Below are positions 16,266 to 24,464 of a stretch of DNA of 64,000 nt, one piece after another (within the stretch, counting starts at the first letter, position 1; the number at the start of each line of letters is the position of its first letter). Where the stretch lies: contig CAZQOG010000002.1 of assembly GCA_964594925.1 (NCBI GenBank), forward strand, positions 389-64,388, written 5' to 3'. The notes under the pieces were generated by a model. That model searched no databases and was not told the origin of the DNA. It worked only from the letters and a program-made list of their open reading frames with translations. The stretch comes from an uncultured Desulfohalobiaceae bacterium (GTDB lineage Bacteria > Desulfobacterota > Desulfovibrionia > Desulfovibrionales > CAZUBS01). The position numbers and the translations under genes were made by a program.

Positions 16266-18601
16266 CCGTGCCTCTTCATGGTGCCCGGGGTGCGCAGCCC
16301 CGGGGTGGGGAAGGCCGGATCCAGGGCCTCCACGCCGGCATCGGCCAGGTAGCGGCTGGTTCTCTTCAAGGCCCGCTCCAGCTTGTCCAGCAGCTCGCCG
16401 ATCTGCTTCTCATTGATAATCAGCGGCGGGGCCACCAGCACGTGGTCGCCGAACAGGCCATTGATCGAGCGGCGGGGGTAGATGATCAACCCCTCCTCAA
16501 AGGCGTTGTCTGTGAGCACCATGGCCGCGTTCCACTCCGGTGGGAAGGGGTCGCGGGTCGCTGTGTCGCGCACCAGCTCAATCGCGGTCAAAAGCCCCAG
16601 GCCGCGGACGTTGCCGATGATGCTGTACCGGTCTTGCAGCTGCTCCAGGCCGTGCAGCAGGACCTTGCCCATGGCTGCGGCGTTCTCCGGCAGCTGCTCC
16701 TCCAGGATGATGTTCAGCACCTCCAGACCTACGGTGCAGGCCATGGGGTTGCCCGCGTAGGTGTGTCCGTGGGCGAATCCTCCACGGGAGACCACGGCAT
16801 TGACGATCTCCTGGGAGGTCAGAACCGCCCCCAGGGGGTAGTAGCCCGAGGCAATGCCCTTGGACAGGGCGATGATGTCCGCCTCCACCCCCCAGTGCTC
16901 GTAGGCGAACAGCCTGCCGGTGCGCCCGAACCCGGTCATGACCTCGTCCAGGATGAGCAGCACGCCGTATTTGCGGCAGATGTGCTGGATGACCGCGAAG
17001 TACTCCTTGGGGGGCACCAGGGCGCCGGTGCTGGCCCCGCCCACCGGCTCGGTCACGAAAGCGGCCACGTTGTCCGGACCTTGCTCCAGGATGACCCGCT
17101 CCAGGGCCCAGGCGCACTCCAGGCCGCAGTCCGGGTAGGTCTGGTGGTAGACGCAGCGGTAGCAGTAGGGAGCGGGAATCTTGGGGTAGTCGCGCACCAG
17201 GGGTTTGAAGGCCACCTCCAGGGGGGCGTAGGATGTCAGGGCCAGGGCGCCGAGGGTGGCTCCGTGGTAGGAGGGGACCCGGCTGATGAACTTGTAGCGT
17301 GAGCCCTCCCCCAGGTTGAAAAAGTACTGGCGGCAGACCTTCATGGCCGACTCCACCGCCTCAGAGCCTCCAGAGACGTAGAAGACCTTGTTCAGGTGCG
17401 GGGAGGTATGCTGGACCAGCTTCTTTGCCAGACGCTTGGAAGGCTCGTTCTCGAACTGGGTGCGGTAGGCGAAGAAGGTCCGCTGGGCCTGCTGCTCCAT
17501 GGCCGCAATGACCCGCTTGTCGCCGTGCCCGATGTTGTTGACCACCGCCCCTGAAGAGCCGTCCAGGTACCGTTTCCCCACGGTGTCCCACATGTAGATG
17601 CCCTTGGACTTGGCAATGGTGGGCTGGCGTTTCTTGGTCTGGTAGAAAAGAAACTGCTCCTGGTCGGGGTAGGCGGCCAGCTCTGCGGGGTGGACCTTGA
17701 ACAGCTCGGGGTTTGAGGCGTGGAAGCGGTTGAGCTTTTCCACGGGTGTGAGGCGGCCCAGGCTGCGCAGGGGGATGTGGGTGTTGTACACGTAGCAGTA
17801 GGAGAGCAGCTTCTTTTCCAGCTCCTCGCTGGAGGCGAAGGGGGAGTAGGCCAGCTCAGAGAGCCCTGACAGGAGCTGGGACTCACCGGGCGCGGGGTCC
17901 GGGTAGACGTGCTGCTCTATGGAAAGCTCCCGGCAGGCAGCGGCAAAAAAATGGTCGTGGTCGGATCCTTCCGAAGTGAAGGCTGGGCGGTCGGCAGTGA
18001 GCACGCGCCAGATGCAAAAAGGGGCGGCCTGGCTCAGGTTGCGCAGAAACCCGGCGGCCGAGTCCGGTGAGCCATCCGGCCGGGTTTCCATGAAGATCCA
18101 GCTGGTGGCCCGGTCAACCGACAGAAAAAGGTGCTTGCGGAAGGTCTCGTCCTGCATGCGGGGCAGGGAGCGTTCGTAGAGGCGCATGTGTCCCGGCAGG
18201 TACCGCTGGTGTTTGCGGACAACCGCCTTGTGCTCCTCGATGTCCGGGACCAGCTCGCCCACGCGGCACACCCCGTGGCGGCGCAGCAGCCTGTCCAGTG
18301 AGGACCGTGAGCAGGAGGGCATGAGAAAGGTCCGGACCACGGTGAGCAGGTCGTCAAGGGACAAGAGCAGGATGCGGCGGATCTCGACGATGAGCAGCTC
18401 CTGCTCCAGCGTGAACAGCACGCTGGAGTGGGCAGTGCAGTCCCGGGTCTGGACCTTTCCGGCCCGGCTGCGCCATTTGCGGACGGTTGCGATGCTCAGC
18501 CCCAGCTCGTTGGCCAGCTCGGCCACGGAGTCAGTGGACTCCTGAATATATCTGCCGATCTCGGGAGTGACAGTGATCTTCCAGTTCTTTCTCAGCCCCA
18601 T
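16262..18601 (-). CDS. fusion protein: degenerate IS481-type transposase (HTH + rve-like, DDE lost) N-domain + complete class-III aminotransferase C-domain
   Basis: Single 779-codon ORF. Residues 1 to about 301 (nt 17699-18601) are transposase-like; residues about 315-779 are aminotransferase (GSEAVESAMK, YHGATLGALALT, DEVMTGFGRTGRLFAYEHWGVEADIIALSKGIASG). See the finding at 16262-18601. Confidence 0.8.
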   Translation of the reverse strand: MGLRKNWKITVTPEIGRYIQESTDSVAELANELGLSIATVRKWRSRAGKVQTRDCTAHSSVLFTLEQELLIVEIRRILLLSLDDLLTVVRTFLMPSCSRSSLDRLLRRHGVCRVGELVPDIEEHKAVVRKHQRYLPGHMRLYERSLPRMQDETFRKHLFLSVDRATSWIFMETRPDGSPDSAAGFLRNLSQAAPFCIWRVLTADRPAFTSEGSDHDHFFAAACRELSIEQHVYPDPAPGESQLLSGLSELAYSPFASSEELEKKLLSYCYVYNTHIPLRSLGRLTPVEKLNRFHASNPELFKVHPAELAAYPDQEQFLFYQTKKRQPTIAKSKGIYMWDTVGKRYLDGSSGAVVNNIGHGDKRVIAAMEQQAQRTFFAYRTQFENEPSKRLAKKLVQHTSPHLNKVFYVSGGSEAVESAMKVCRQYFFNLGEGSRYKFISRVPSYHGATLGALALTSYAPLEVAFKPLVRDYPKIPAPYCYRCVYHQTYPDCGLECAWALERVILEQGPDNVAAFVTEPVGGASTGALVPPKEYFAVIQHICRKYGVLLILDEVMTGFGRTGRLFAYEHWGVEADIIALSKGIASGYYPLGAVLTSQEIVNAVVSRGGFAHGHTYAGNPMACTVGLEVLNIILEEQLPENAAAMGKVLLHGLEQLQDRYSIIGNVRGLGLLTAIELVRDTATRDPFPPEWNAAMVLTDNAFEEGLIIYPRRSINGLFGDHVLVAPPLIINEKQIGELLDKLERALKRTSRYLADAGVEALDPAFPTPGLRTPGTMKRHG

Positions 18602-18938
18602 GTCAGTGCTCCGGTCTGAATCGAGGATACATCACGCGCACCCAGGCCGGTTTTTTGCGGCCGGGTCTGGCGTGCCGGCCTTTGACCTCTTCCCCCCTGG
18701 CGGGATGATGCCTCACACCCAGGCCCGGGGAGGTGCACGGGCAAACCATTTCAGTATAAAGGGAACAGGCGCAAAAAGAAAGACACACCCGGTCTTTGAT
18801 GCATGGCCGGGTTCGTATCACACCCGGTATGCCCCGGCATGCATAGGATGTTTTACACACTGTTGCAACGTGCATCTGGCCGGTACCATTCCTTGAGTAA
18901 GGATGTATTGGGAGGCAGTGGTGCACACTGCCAACGGC

Positions 18939-18967
18939 TTGACAAATGAAAACCCGCCCCATACCAT
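18939..18967 (+). promoter_or_regulatory. candidate sigma70-type promoter for the ABC-transporter operon
   Basis: TTGACA (18939-18944), 17-nt spacer, TACCAT (18962-18967), about 100 nt upstream of ATG 19068. A 7-bp inverted repeat ggcagtg-N5-cactgcc sits just upstream at 18914-18932. Consensus match only. Confidence 0.35.
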
Positions 18968-19067
18968 CCGCGAATCTGAGTAAAGATGCGCAGTAATCGG
19001 GTTTTGAGAACAGTTGTCAAATGATTGAAGTGCTGTGCCCTGATACACACAAAGCCCCACGCAAGCC

Positions 19068-19931
19068 ATGTCTGAAAAATCGGGCTGGAAACCCTGGGCA
19101 CTGTTGGCCCCCTCCCTGAGCGCGGTCTTCTTCCTGCTGGTCGTCCCGGTCTGCTTTATCATAGTCTACAGTTTCTGGCTCCGCGCTCCAAGCGGTGCGG
19201 ACATCCCGGCCTTCCAGTTCGGAAACTACGCCAAGTTCTTCCAGGACTTCTTCTACTCCTCCATTTTGCTGCGCACCATCAGGGTCAGCCTGGAGTGCGT
19301 GGCCCTGTGCCTGGTCATGGGGTACATCCCCGCATATTTCTTCTACCGCACCCGGACCCGTTTCCGGGGGGTGCTCATGCTGCTGATCATGCTCCCGTTC
19401 TGGATCAGCTTCATCATCCGCACCCTGTCCTGGATCAACATTTTGGGGGACACCGGCCTGATCAACTACGTGCTGACCAGCACCGGAATCCTCTCCGAAC
19501 CGCTGGGCATGCTCTACAACGAGGGCGCGGTGCTCATGGGGCTGATCCAGTACCTGCTGCCCTTCATGATTTTGAACATCTACGTCAGCCTGGAAGGCAT
19601 CGACAAAAGCCTGCTCGAGGCGGCCCGGTCCATGGGCTGCACCGAGTGGCAGGCCTTCAAGGAGGTCACCCTGCCCCTGTCCCTGCCCGGGGTCAGCGCC
19701 GGCAGCCTGCTGGTCTTCGTGCTCACCGCGGGCACCTACCTGCCGCCCATGATCCTCGGCGGGCCGGGCAACGAGATGATCGCCAACCTGATCTTCAAGC
19801 GGGTCATCGGAACCCTGGACTGGCCGTTCGGGTCTGCCATCAGCGTTGTGCTGCTGCTGCTCGTGGGGACCATCGTCTGGACCTACAACCGTTACCTGGG
19901 CATCAACCAGGTCTTCAAGGCCATGCAATAG
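19068..19931 (+). CDS. ABC transporter permease, PotB/spermidine-putrescine type
   Basis: 287-aa ORF with 6 predicted hydrophobic segments. EAA-loop-like LEAARSMGCTEWQAFKEVTLPLSLPG. Confidence 0.85.
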   Translation: MSEKSGWKPWALLAPSLSAVFFLLVVPVCFIIVYSFWLRAPSGADIPAFQFGNYAKFFQDFFYSSILLRTIRVSLECVALCLVMGYIPAYFFYRTRTRFRGVLMLLIMLPFWISFIIRTLSWINILGDTGLINYVLTSTGILSEPLGMLYNEGAVLMGLIQYLLPFMILNIYVSLEGIDKSLLEAARSMGCTEWQAFKEVTLPLSLPGVSAGSLLVFVLTAGTYLPPMILGGPGNEMIANLIFKRVIGTLDWPFGSAISVVLLLLVGTIVWTYNRYLGINQVFKAMQ

Positions 19932-19938
19932 GGAAAGA

Positions 19939-20730
19939 ATGGTGCGGATTTCCGGCTGGTCACTCATCAAGCTCTACACCATCCTGGTGTACGTGTTCAT
20001 GTTCGCCCCCATCGTGGTGGTGATCATCCTGGCCTTCAACCCGCAGCAGTTCGGCTCTTTTCCCATGGACGGATTCAGCCTGCGCTGGTTCGTCAAGCTG
20101 GCCCAGAACGAGGTCATCCTCATGGCCTTCAAGAACTCCCTGGTCCTGGGCAGCCTGACCGCTGTCTGCACCACCCTTGTGGCCATACCCGCGGCCATGG
20201 CCTTTGTGCGCTACGAGTTCCCGGGAAAAAACAGCCTGAACACCCTGCTGCTGGCCCCGATCATGGTGCCCGAAGTCATCCTGGGCGTGGCCCTGCTGCT
20301 GTTCATCCGCTGGCTGCAGCAACCCAAAAGCTTTGCCCTCTTGCTCGTCGGCCACGTGGTCATCACCCTGCCGTATGTCCTTCTCGTGGTGCAGGCCAGG
20401 CTGGTGGGCATCAGGACCGACTATGAGGAAGCTGCCAAATCCCTGGGCGCCAACGCCTTTCAGACCTTTCGGGAGATCACCCTGCCCCTGCTTCTCCCAG
20501 CCATCTTCGCCGGCATGCTCTTCTCCTTCACCATCTCCTTTGACGACATCACGGCCACGTTGTTCTGGGCAACGGCCCAGAACCAGACGGTGCCGGTCAA
20601 GATATTCGGCATGCTGCGCAACTCCATCAGCCCGGAGATCAACGCCCTGGGCGCGGTCATGATCGTGCTCACGGTGTCAACGCCCCTTCTGGCCGGTTAT
20701 CTGGCCAGGCGTTTCGCCAGGGGAAAGTGA
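19939..20730 (+). CDS. ABC transporter permease, PotC type
   Basis: ORF track 19846..20730, trimmed to ATG 19939 (MVRISGWSLIKLYTILVYVFMFAPIVVVIILAFN). EAAKSLGANAFQTFREITLPLLLPA. Confidence 0.85.
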   Translation: MVRISGWSLIKLYTILVYVFMFAPIVVVIILAFNPQQFGSFPMDGFSLRWFVKLAQNEVILMAFKNSLVLGSLTAVCTTLVAIPAAMAFVRYEFPGKNSLNTLLLAPIMVPEVILGVALLLFIRWLQQPKSFALLLVGHVVITLPYVLLVVQARLVGIRTDYEEAAKSLGANAFQTFREITLPLLLPAIFAGMLFSFTISFDDITATLFWATAQNQTVPVKIFGMLRNSISPEINALGAVMIVLTVSTPLLAGYLARRFARGK

Positions 20731-20799
20731 AACCCGGCCGAAAGACCCGGCCATTTTTCAGGGCGGGGGGATCCCTGCTCAAAACTCAAGGAGGACGAG

Positions 20800-21957
20800 A
20801 TGTCTGATGTTTGGAAGAAACGTGTGGAAGATGTGCACGCCCGGTATGAAGCTGGTGAGCTCTCCCGCCGCGATTTTTTGCGGTTCATGGTCATAGCGGG
20901 CACGGCAGCGGGACTGGCAGGCGGCCCCTTCGGCCTGCTTGGTTCGGCCCAGGCAGCCGACTCCATCCGTTTCGACGGCTGGGGCGGGACAACATCCGAG
21001 GCCTTTCGCAAGTATGCCTTCGATCCCTTCACCAAGGCCACGGGCATCGAGGTCATCGACGGGGAGTTCGGGGACATGGACTCCTATCTGACCCGGGTCA
21101 AGGCCTCCTTTCCCCCGGGGGGCGAGTACAACCTGGCCCACCTGTCCGGGGTGTTCGACTACGCCCGCTACGTGGGTCTGGGCTTCAACTCCGCCCTGGA
21201 CGAGAGCGAGATACCCAACCTGTCCCTGGTCATGCAGGCCATGGTCAAGCCCTACTACGCCATTACTCCGGGATCCCTGTCCGCTGTGCCCTACGACCTC
21301 GGGCAGACCGGCATTGCCTACAACACCAAGCATATCTCAAAGGAAAAGGCTGAAAAACTTGGGGCCGGGATCCTGTTCGAGGAGACCCTGAAGGACAAGA
21401 TCGGCTCCTGGACGGACTGGCGCACCAACATCTGGTACGCAGCCCTGTACACCGGCCAGAACCCCAACGACATCAGCGATTTGGACAAGGTCTGGAAGGC
21501 CCTGCGCAAGCAGCGCGACCTGATCAAGAAGTACTGGGGATCGGGCGCCGAGCTGATGAGCCTGCTGGCCAATGAGGAGATCTACGCCACACCGGCCTGG
21601 TCCGGGCGGGTCTACCATCTGCAGGAGCAGGGACACCCCATCGGGTACCTGGCGCCGGAAGGCACCTACTCCTGGCAGGAGTGCATCTTCGTCATCAAGG
21701 GCACCGACCTGGACACGGCCCACAAGCTGCTCAACTTCATGCTCGAGCCAGAGGCGGCCATTGCCGTGGCCGATGCCCAGAAGTATCCGCCCAGCCTGGA
21801 CCCGTCCAAGGTGGACATGCCTGAATCGGTCTCCAAGCTGCCGGCCTTCGATCCCACCGGGCAGCTCAAGGGGTACCTGTTCGGCGTGCCGGACTACTGG
21901 AACGGGCACCAGCTGGAGTGGGCGGAGCAGTGGGACCGCATCATGGCCGGCGCTTAG
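20800..21957 (+). CDS. periplasmic substrate-binding protein, PotD/PotF family, with twin-arginine signal
   Basis: 385-aa ORF behind AAGGAGGA. SRRDFLRFMVIAGTAAGLAGGPFGLLGSAQA is a Tat-type signal. Mature part is SBP_bac_1/PotD-like in length. Confidence 0.8.
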   Translation: MSDVWKKRVEDVHARYEAGELSRRDFLRFMVIAGTAAGLAGGPFGLLGSAQAADSIRFDGWGGTTSEAFRKYAFDPFTKATGIEVIDGEFGDMDSYLTRVKASFPPGGEYNLAHLSGVFDYARYVGLGFNSALDESEIPNLSLVMQAMVKPYYAITPGSLSAVPYDLGQTGIAYNTKHISKEKAEKLGAGILFEETLKDKIGSWTDWRTNIWYAALYTGQNPNDISDLDKVWKALRKQRDLIKKYWGSGAELMSLLANEEIYATPAWSGRVYHLQEQGHPIGYLAPEGTYSWQECIFVIKGTDLDTAHKLLNFMLEPEAAIAVADAQKYPPSLDPSKVDMPESVSKLPAFDPTGQLKGYLFGVPDYWNGHQLEWAEQWDRIMAGA

Positions 21958-22081
21958 CAATCAGTTGAAAAATCCCGGCTGGCTTCGTTGCTGCGGCCAG
22001 GTCAAACCCTCACGTATATGGTATACGCTTCGGACTTGACCAGGCCTTGCGCCTCGCCAGCCAGGTTTTTGAACTGATTGC
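21957..22081. repeat. 125-nt near-perfect long palindrome (extended hairpin) starting in the stop codon of the binding-protein gene
   Basis: Nested complementary blocks: gcaatcagttgaaaaa/tttttgaactgattgc (15 of 16), cccggctggc/gccagccagg (9 of 10), ggccaggtcaa/ttgaccaggcc (10 of 11). Apical stem cgtata-tgg-tatacg (6 of 6). Confidence 0.85.
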
Positions 22082-22099
22082 AATCCGCCCTGCGGGCGA

Positions 22100-22220
22100 G
22101 TTCGAAGTTCGAAGCTCGAAGCTGAGAGCAAGGGAAAGAAAAGAAGCTGAAGCAAGGCTTCAGCAGTATTGCCTCCGGCCGGCCGGTCCTATCGGTCCTA
22201 CAGTGACGGCCGGCCGGAGG
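22100..22220. repeat. GAAG heptads followed by two further hairpins in the same intergenic region
   Basis: Heptads gttcgaa gttcgaa gctcgaa gctgaga (22100-22127). 8-bp stem gctgaagc/gcttcagc (22146-22164). 14-bp GC stem cctccggccggccg/cggccggccggagg (22172-22220) whose loop holds two nonamer-type units, gtcctatcg gtcctacag. Confidence 0.85.
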
Positions 22221-22273
22221 CTTCACCACAGCGCTGTCCGGCAGCACAGCATGTAACGCGAAGAGGAACACCA

Positions 22274-23392
22274 GTGGCTACCGGTACCAACCAACCCGTT
22301 GTCCAGCTCAAAGGGCTCATGAAGCGCTTCGGCAGGACCCTGGCCGTCGAGAAGATGGACCTGTCCATTGCACAGGGGGAGCTGGTGACGCTGCTCGGCC
22401 CCTCGGGGTGTGGGAAGACGACAATCCTGCGCATGATCGCCGGGTTGGAGAAACCCACCGAAGGCGATATCTACATCAAGGGAAAGTGGGTCAACGACAC
22501 CCCCATCCACAAGCGGAACCTGGGCATGATCTTCCAGAACTACGCCCTGTTCCCGCACAAGACCATCTTCGACAACGTGGCCTTCGGGCTCAAGTACCGC
22601 GATGTCCCAAAAAGTCAGATGAAAGAGAAGGTCTCCAATGCCCTGGAGATGGTCCGGCTGCCCGGCGTGGAGAAACGCTACTCGGCCCAGCTTTCCGGAG
22701 GGCAGCAGCAGCGCATCGCACTGGCCCGGGCCATTGTCATCGAGCCCGACGTGCTGCTCATGGACGAACCCTTGTCCGCCCTGGACGAGAAGCTGCGGGA
22801 GGAGATGCGCATGGAGATCGACAACCTGCAGCAGAAGCTGGGGCTGACCACCATCTTCGTCACCCATGACCAGCGGGAGGCCCTGTCCATGTCCACCAGG
22901 ATCGTGGTCATGAAGGACGGACGCAAGCAGCAGGAAGGCGAGCCCGAGGACGTCTACGACTACCCCTCCAACCGTTTTGTGGCCGACTTCCTGGGCCACT
23001 CCAACTTCTACGAGGCCAGGGTGACCGGCCACACCTCGGACGGGTACACCAAGGTGGTGACCAGGGACGGCCTGGAGTTCGTGACCGAGCACCCGGGGGA
23101 GTGGGTCGAGGGACAGGAGGTGACCCTGGTCATCAGGGCCCAGAAGCTGAACCTGACCAGCCCCGGCCAGGAGGAGGAGCTCGAGTCCACAGCAGTGAAC
23201 CTCTACAACGGCACCATTTACGACCGCAGCTACATGGGGGGCGAGACCAGCTATTTCGTCGAGCTGGAAGGAGGGGTCAGGCTGCACGCCATCAGCATGG
23301 TCAGGCGCCGGCCCCACCGGATCGGCGACCCGGTGGTCCTGCACGTCCCGCCCCGGCACTGCGGGCTCCTGGCCCGGGAGGAAGCCCCGTAG
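22274..23392 (+). CDS. ABC transporter ATP-binding protein, PotA type
   Basis: ORF track 22169..23392, trimmed to GTG 22274 (AGAGGA upstream). Walker A GPSGCGKTT, signature LSGGQQQRIALARA, Walker B LLMDEPLSALD. Confidence 0.88.
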   Translation: MATGTNQPVVQLKGLMKRFGRTLAVEKMDLSIAQGELVTLLGPSGCGKTTILRMIAGLEKPTEGDIYIKGKWVNDTPIHKRNLGMIFQNYALFPHKTIFDNVAFGLKYRDVPKSQMKEKVSNALEMVRLPGVEKRYSAQLSGGQQQRIALARAIVIEPDVLLMDEPLSALDEKLREEMRMEIDNLQQKLGLTTIFVTHDQREALSMSTRIVVMKDGRKQQEGEPEDVYDYPSNRFVADFLGHSNFYEARVTGHTSDGYTKVVTRDGLEFVTEHPGEWVEGQEVTLVIRAQKLNLTSPGQEEELESTAVNLYNGTIYDRSYMGGETSYFVELEGGVRLHAISMVRRRPHRIGDPVVLHVPPRHCGLLAREEAP

Positions 23393-23435
23393 CAGCCGGC
23401 TCTCAAACAGGCTTTGCCCCGGAACACCCCCTTCA

Positions 23436-24464
23436 ATGGACCTCGCACACCTGAGCGCTTTTTTTGCGGGCCGCCATGACCAGGCCCTGGTCACGGTTGA
23501 CTCCCACACGGCCGGTGAGCCCACCCGTCTTGTCGTGGGGGGGCTCCCGCCGCTTCCCGGGGCCACCATGGCCGAGAAACGCGCCTACTTCATGGAGCAC
23601 CTGGACCATGTGCGACTGCTCCTGACCCGGGAGCCGCGCGGCCACCGGGACATGCTGGCCGCAGCCGTGACCGAGCCGTGCACACCGGGCGCCGACTTCG
23701 GCCTGATCTACATGGACGCCAGGCGCTACCCTTTTCTGTGCGGCCACGCCACCATCGGGGCAGTGACCACCTTGGTGGAGTGCGGGGTCATCAAGGCAAA
23801 GGGGTCCAGGGTCAGGGTCACGGTGGACACCCCGTCCGGCCCCATGCCCGCCCTGGCATCCCTTGATGGGGGGCGGGTCGTGAGCGTGTCCTACCATTCG
23901 GTCCCCTCGTTCGTTGCGGCCCGGGACAAGCCCTTGGAGGTGGAAGGGCTGGGCCGAATACCGGTGGACCTGGTCTGCGTGGGCGGCTACTTCGCCATGG
24001 TCGATGCCGTTAATACCGGCTTGGAACTGGTGCCGGAAAACGGACCCGAGCTTGTCAGGCTGGGCATGCGCATCGTTTCCTCGGCCAATCGCCAGTTTCA
24101 GGTCAGCCATCCCCTGCGGCCGGAGGTGGGCAGCATCGATGTGGCCGAAATCCATGCAAGCAGGGGAAGCGAAGGGATCAACGCCGTGGTCTATGGTGAG
24201 TCCCATCTGGACCGGTCCCCCTGCGGCACGGGGACCACGGCCAAGCTGGCGCTGCTGCATGCCCGGGGGCAGCTGGAGCGGGAGGAGCTTTTCGTGAACA
24301 GGAGCATGCTGGGCCAGGCCTTCACCGGGAGGATCGTGGCCGTGACCACTGTGGGCGACTACCCGGCCGTGGTGGCCGAAATCAGCGGGTCGGCCCACAT
24401 GACCGGGCTGCACAGGTTCTTTTGTGATCCTGACGACCCCTACCCCCGGGGGTTTCTGCTGTGA
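23436..24464 (+). CDS. proline racemase / 4-hydroxyproline epimerase family protein (Cys/Cys catalytic pair)
   Basis: 342-aa ORF. VDSHTAGEPTRLV, FLCGHATIG (first Cys) and DRSPCGTGTTA (second Cys) are the family motifs. Confidence 0.85.
   Translation: MDLAHLSAFFAGRHDQALVTVDSHTAGEPTRLVVGGLPPLPGATMAEKRAYFMEHLDHVRLLLTREPRGHRDMLAAAVTEPCTPGADFGLIYMDARRYPFLCGHATIGAVTTLVECGVIKAKGSRVRVTVDTPSGPMPALASLDGGRVVSVSYHSVPSFVAARDKPLEVEGLGRIPVDLVCVGGYFAMVDAVNTGLELVPENGPELVRLGMRIVSSANRQFQVSHPLRPEVGSIDVAEIHASRGSEGINAVVYGESHLDRSPCGTGTTAKLALLHARGQLEREELFVNRSMLGQAFTGRIVAVTTVGDYPAVVAEISGSAHMTGLHRFFCDPDDPYPRGFLL

Noticed and set aside
17699-18601. Active IS481-family insertion sequence or mobile element
   Set aside because: The transposase-like region is fused in frame to an enzyme. 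By my alignment from memory it lacks all three DDE residues, and I could not see terminal inverted repeats. I therefore treat it as a domesticated domain, not a mobile element.
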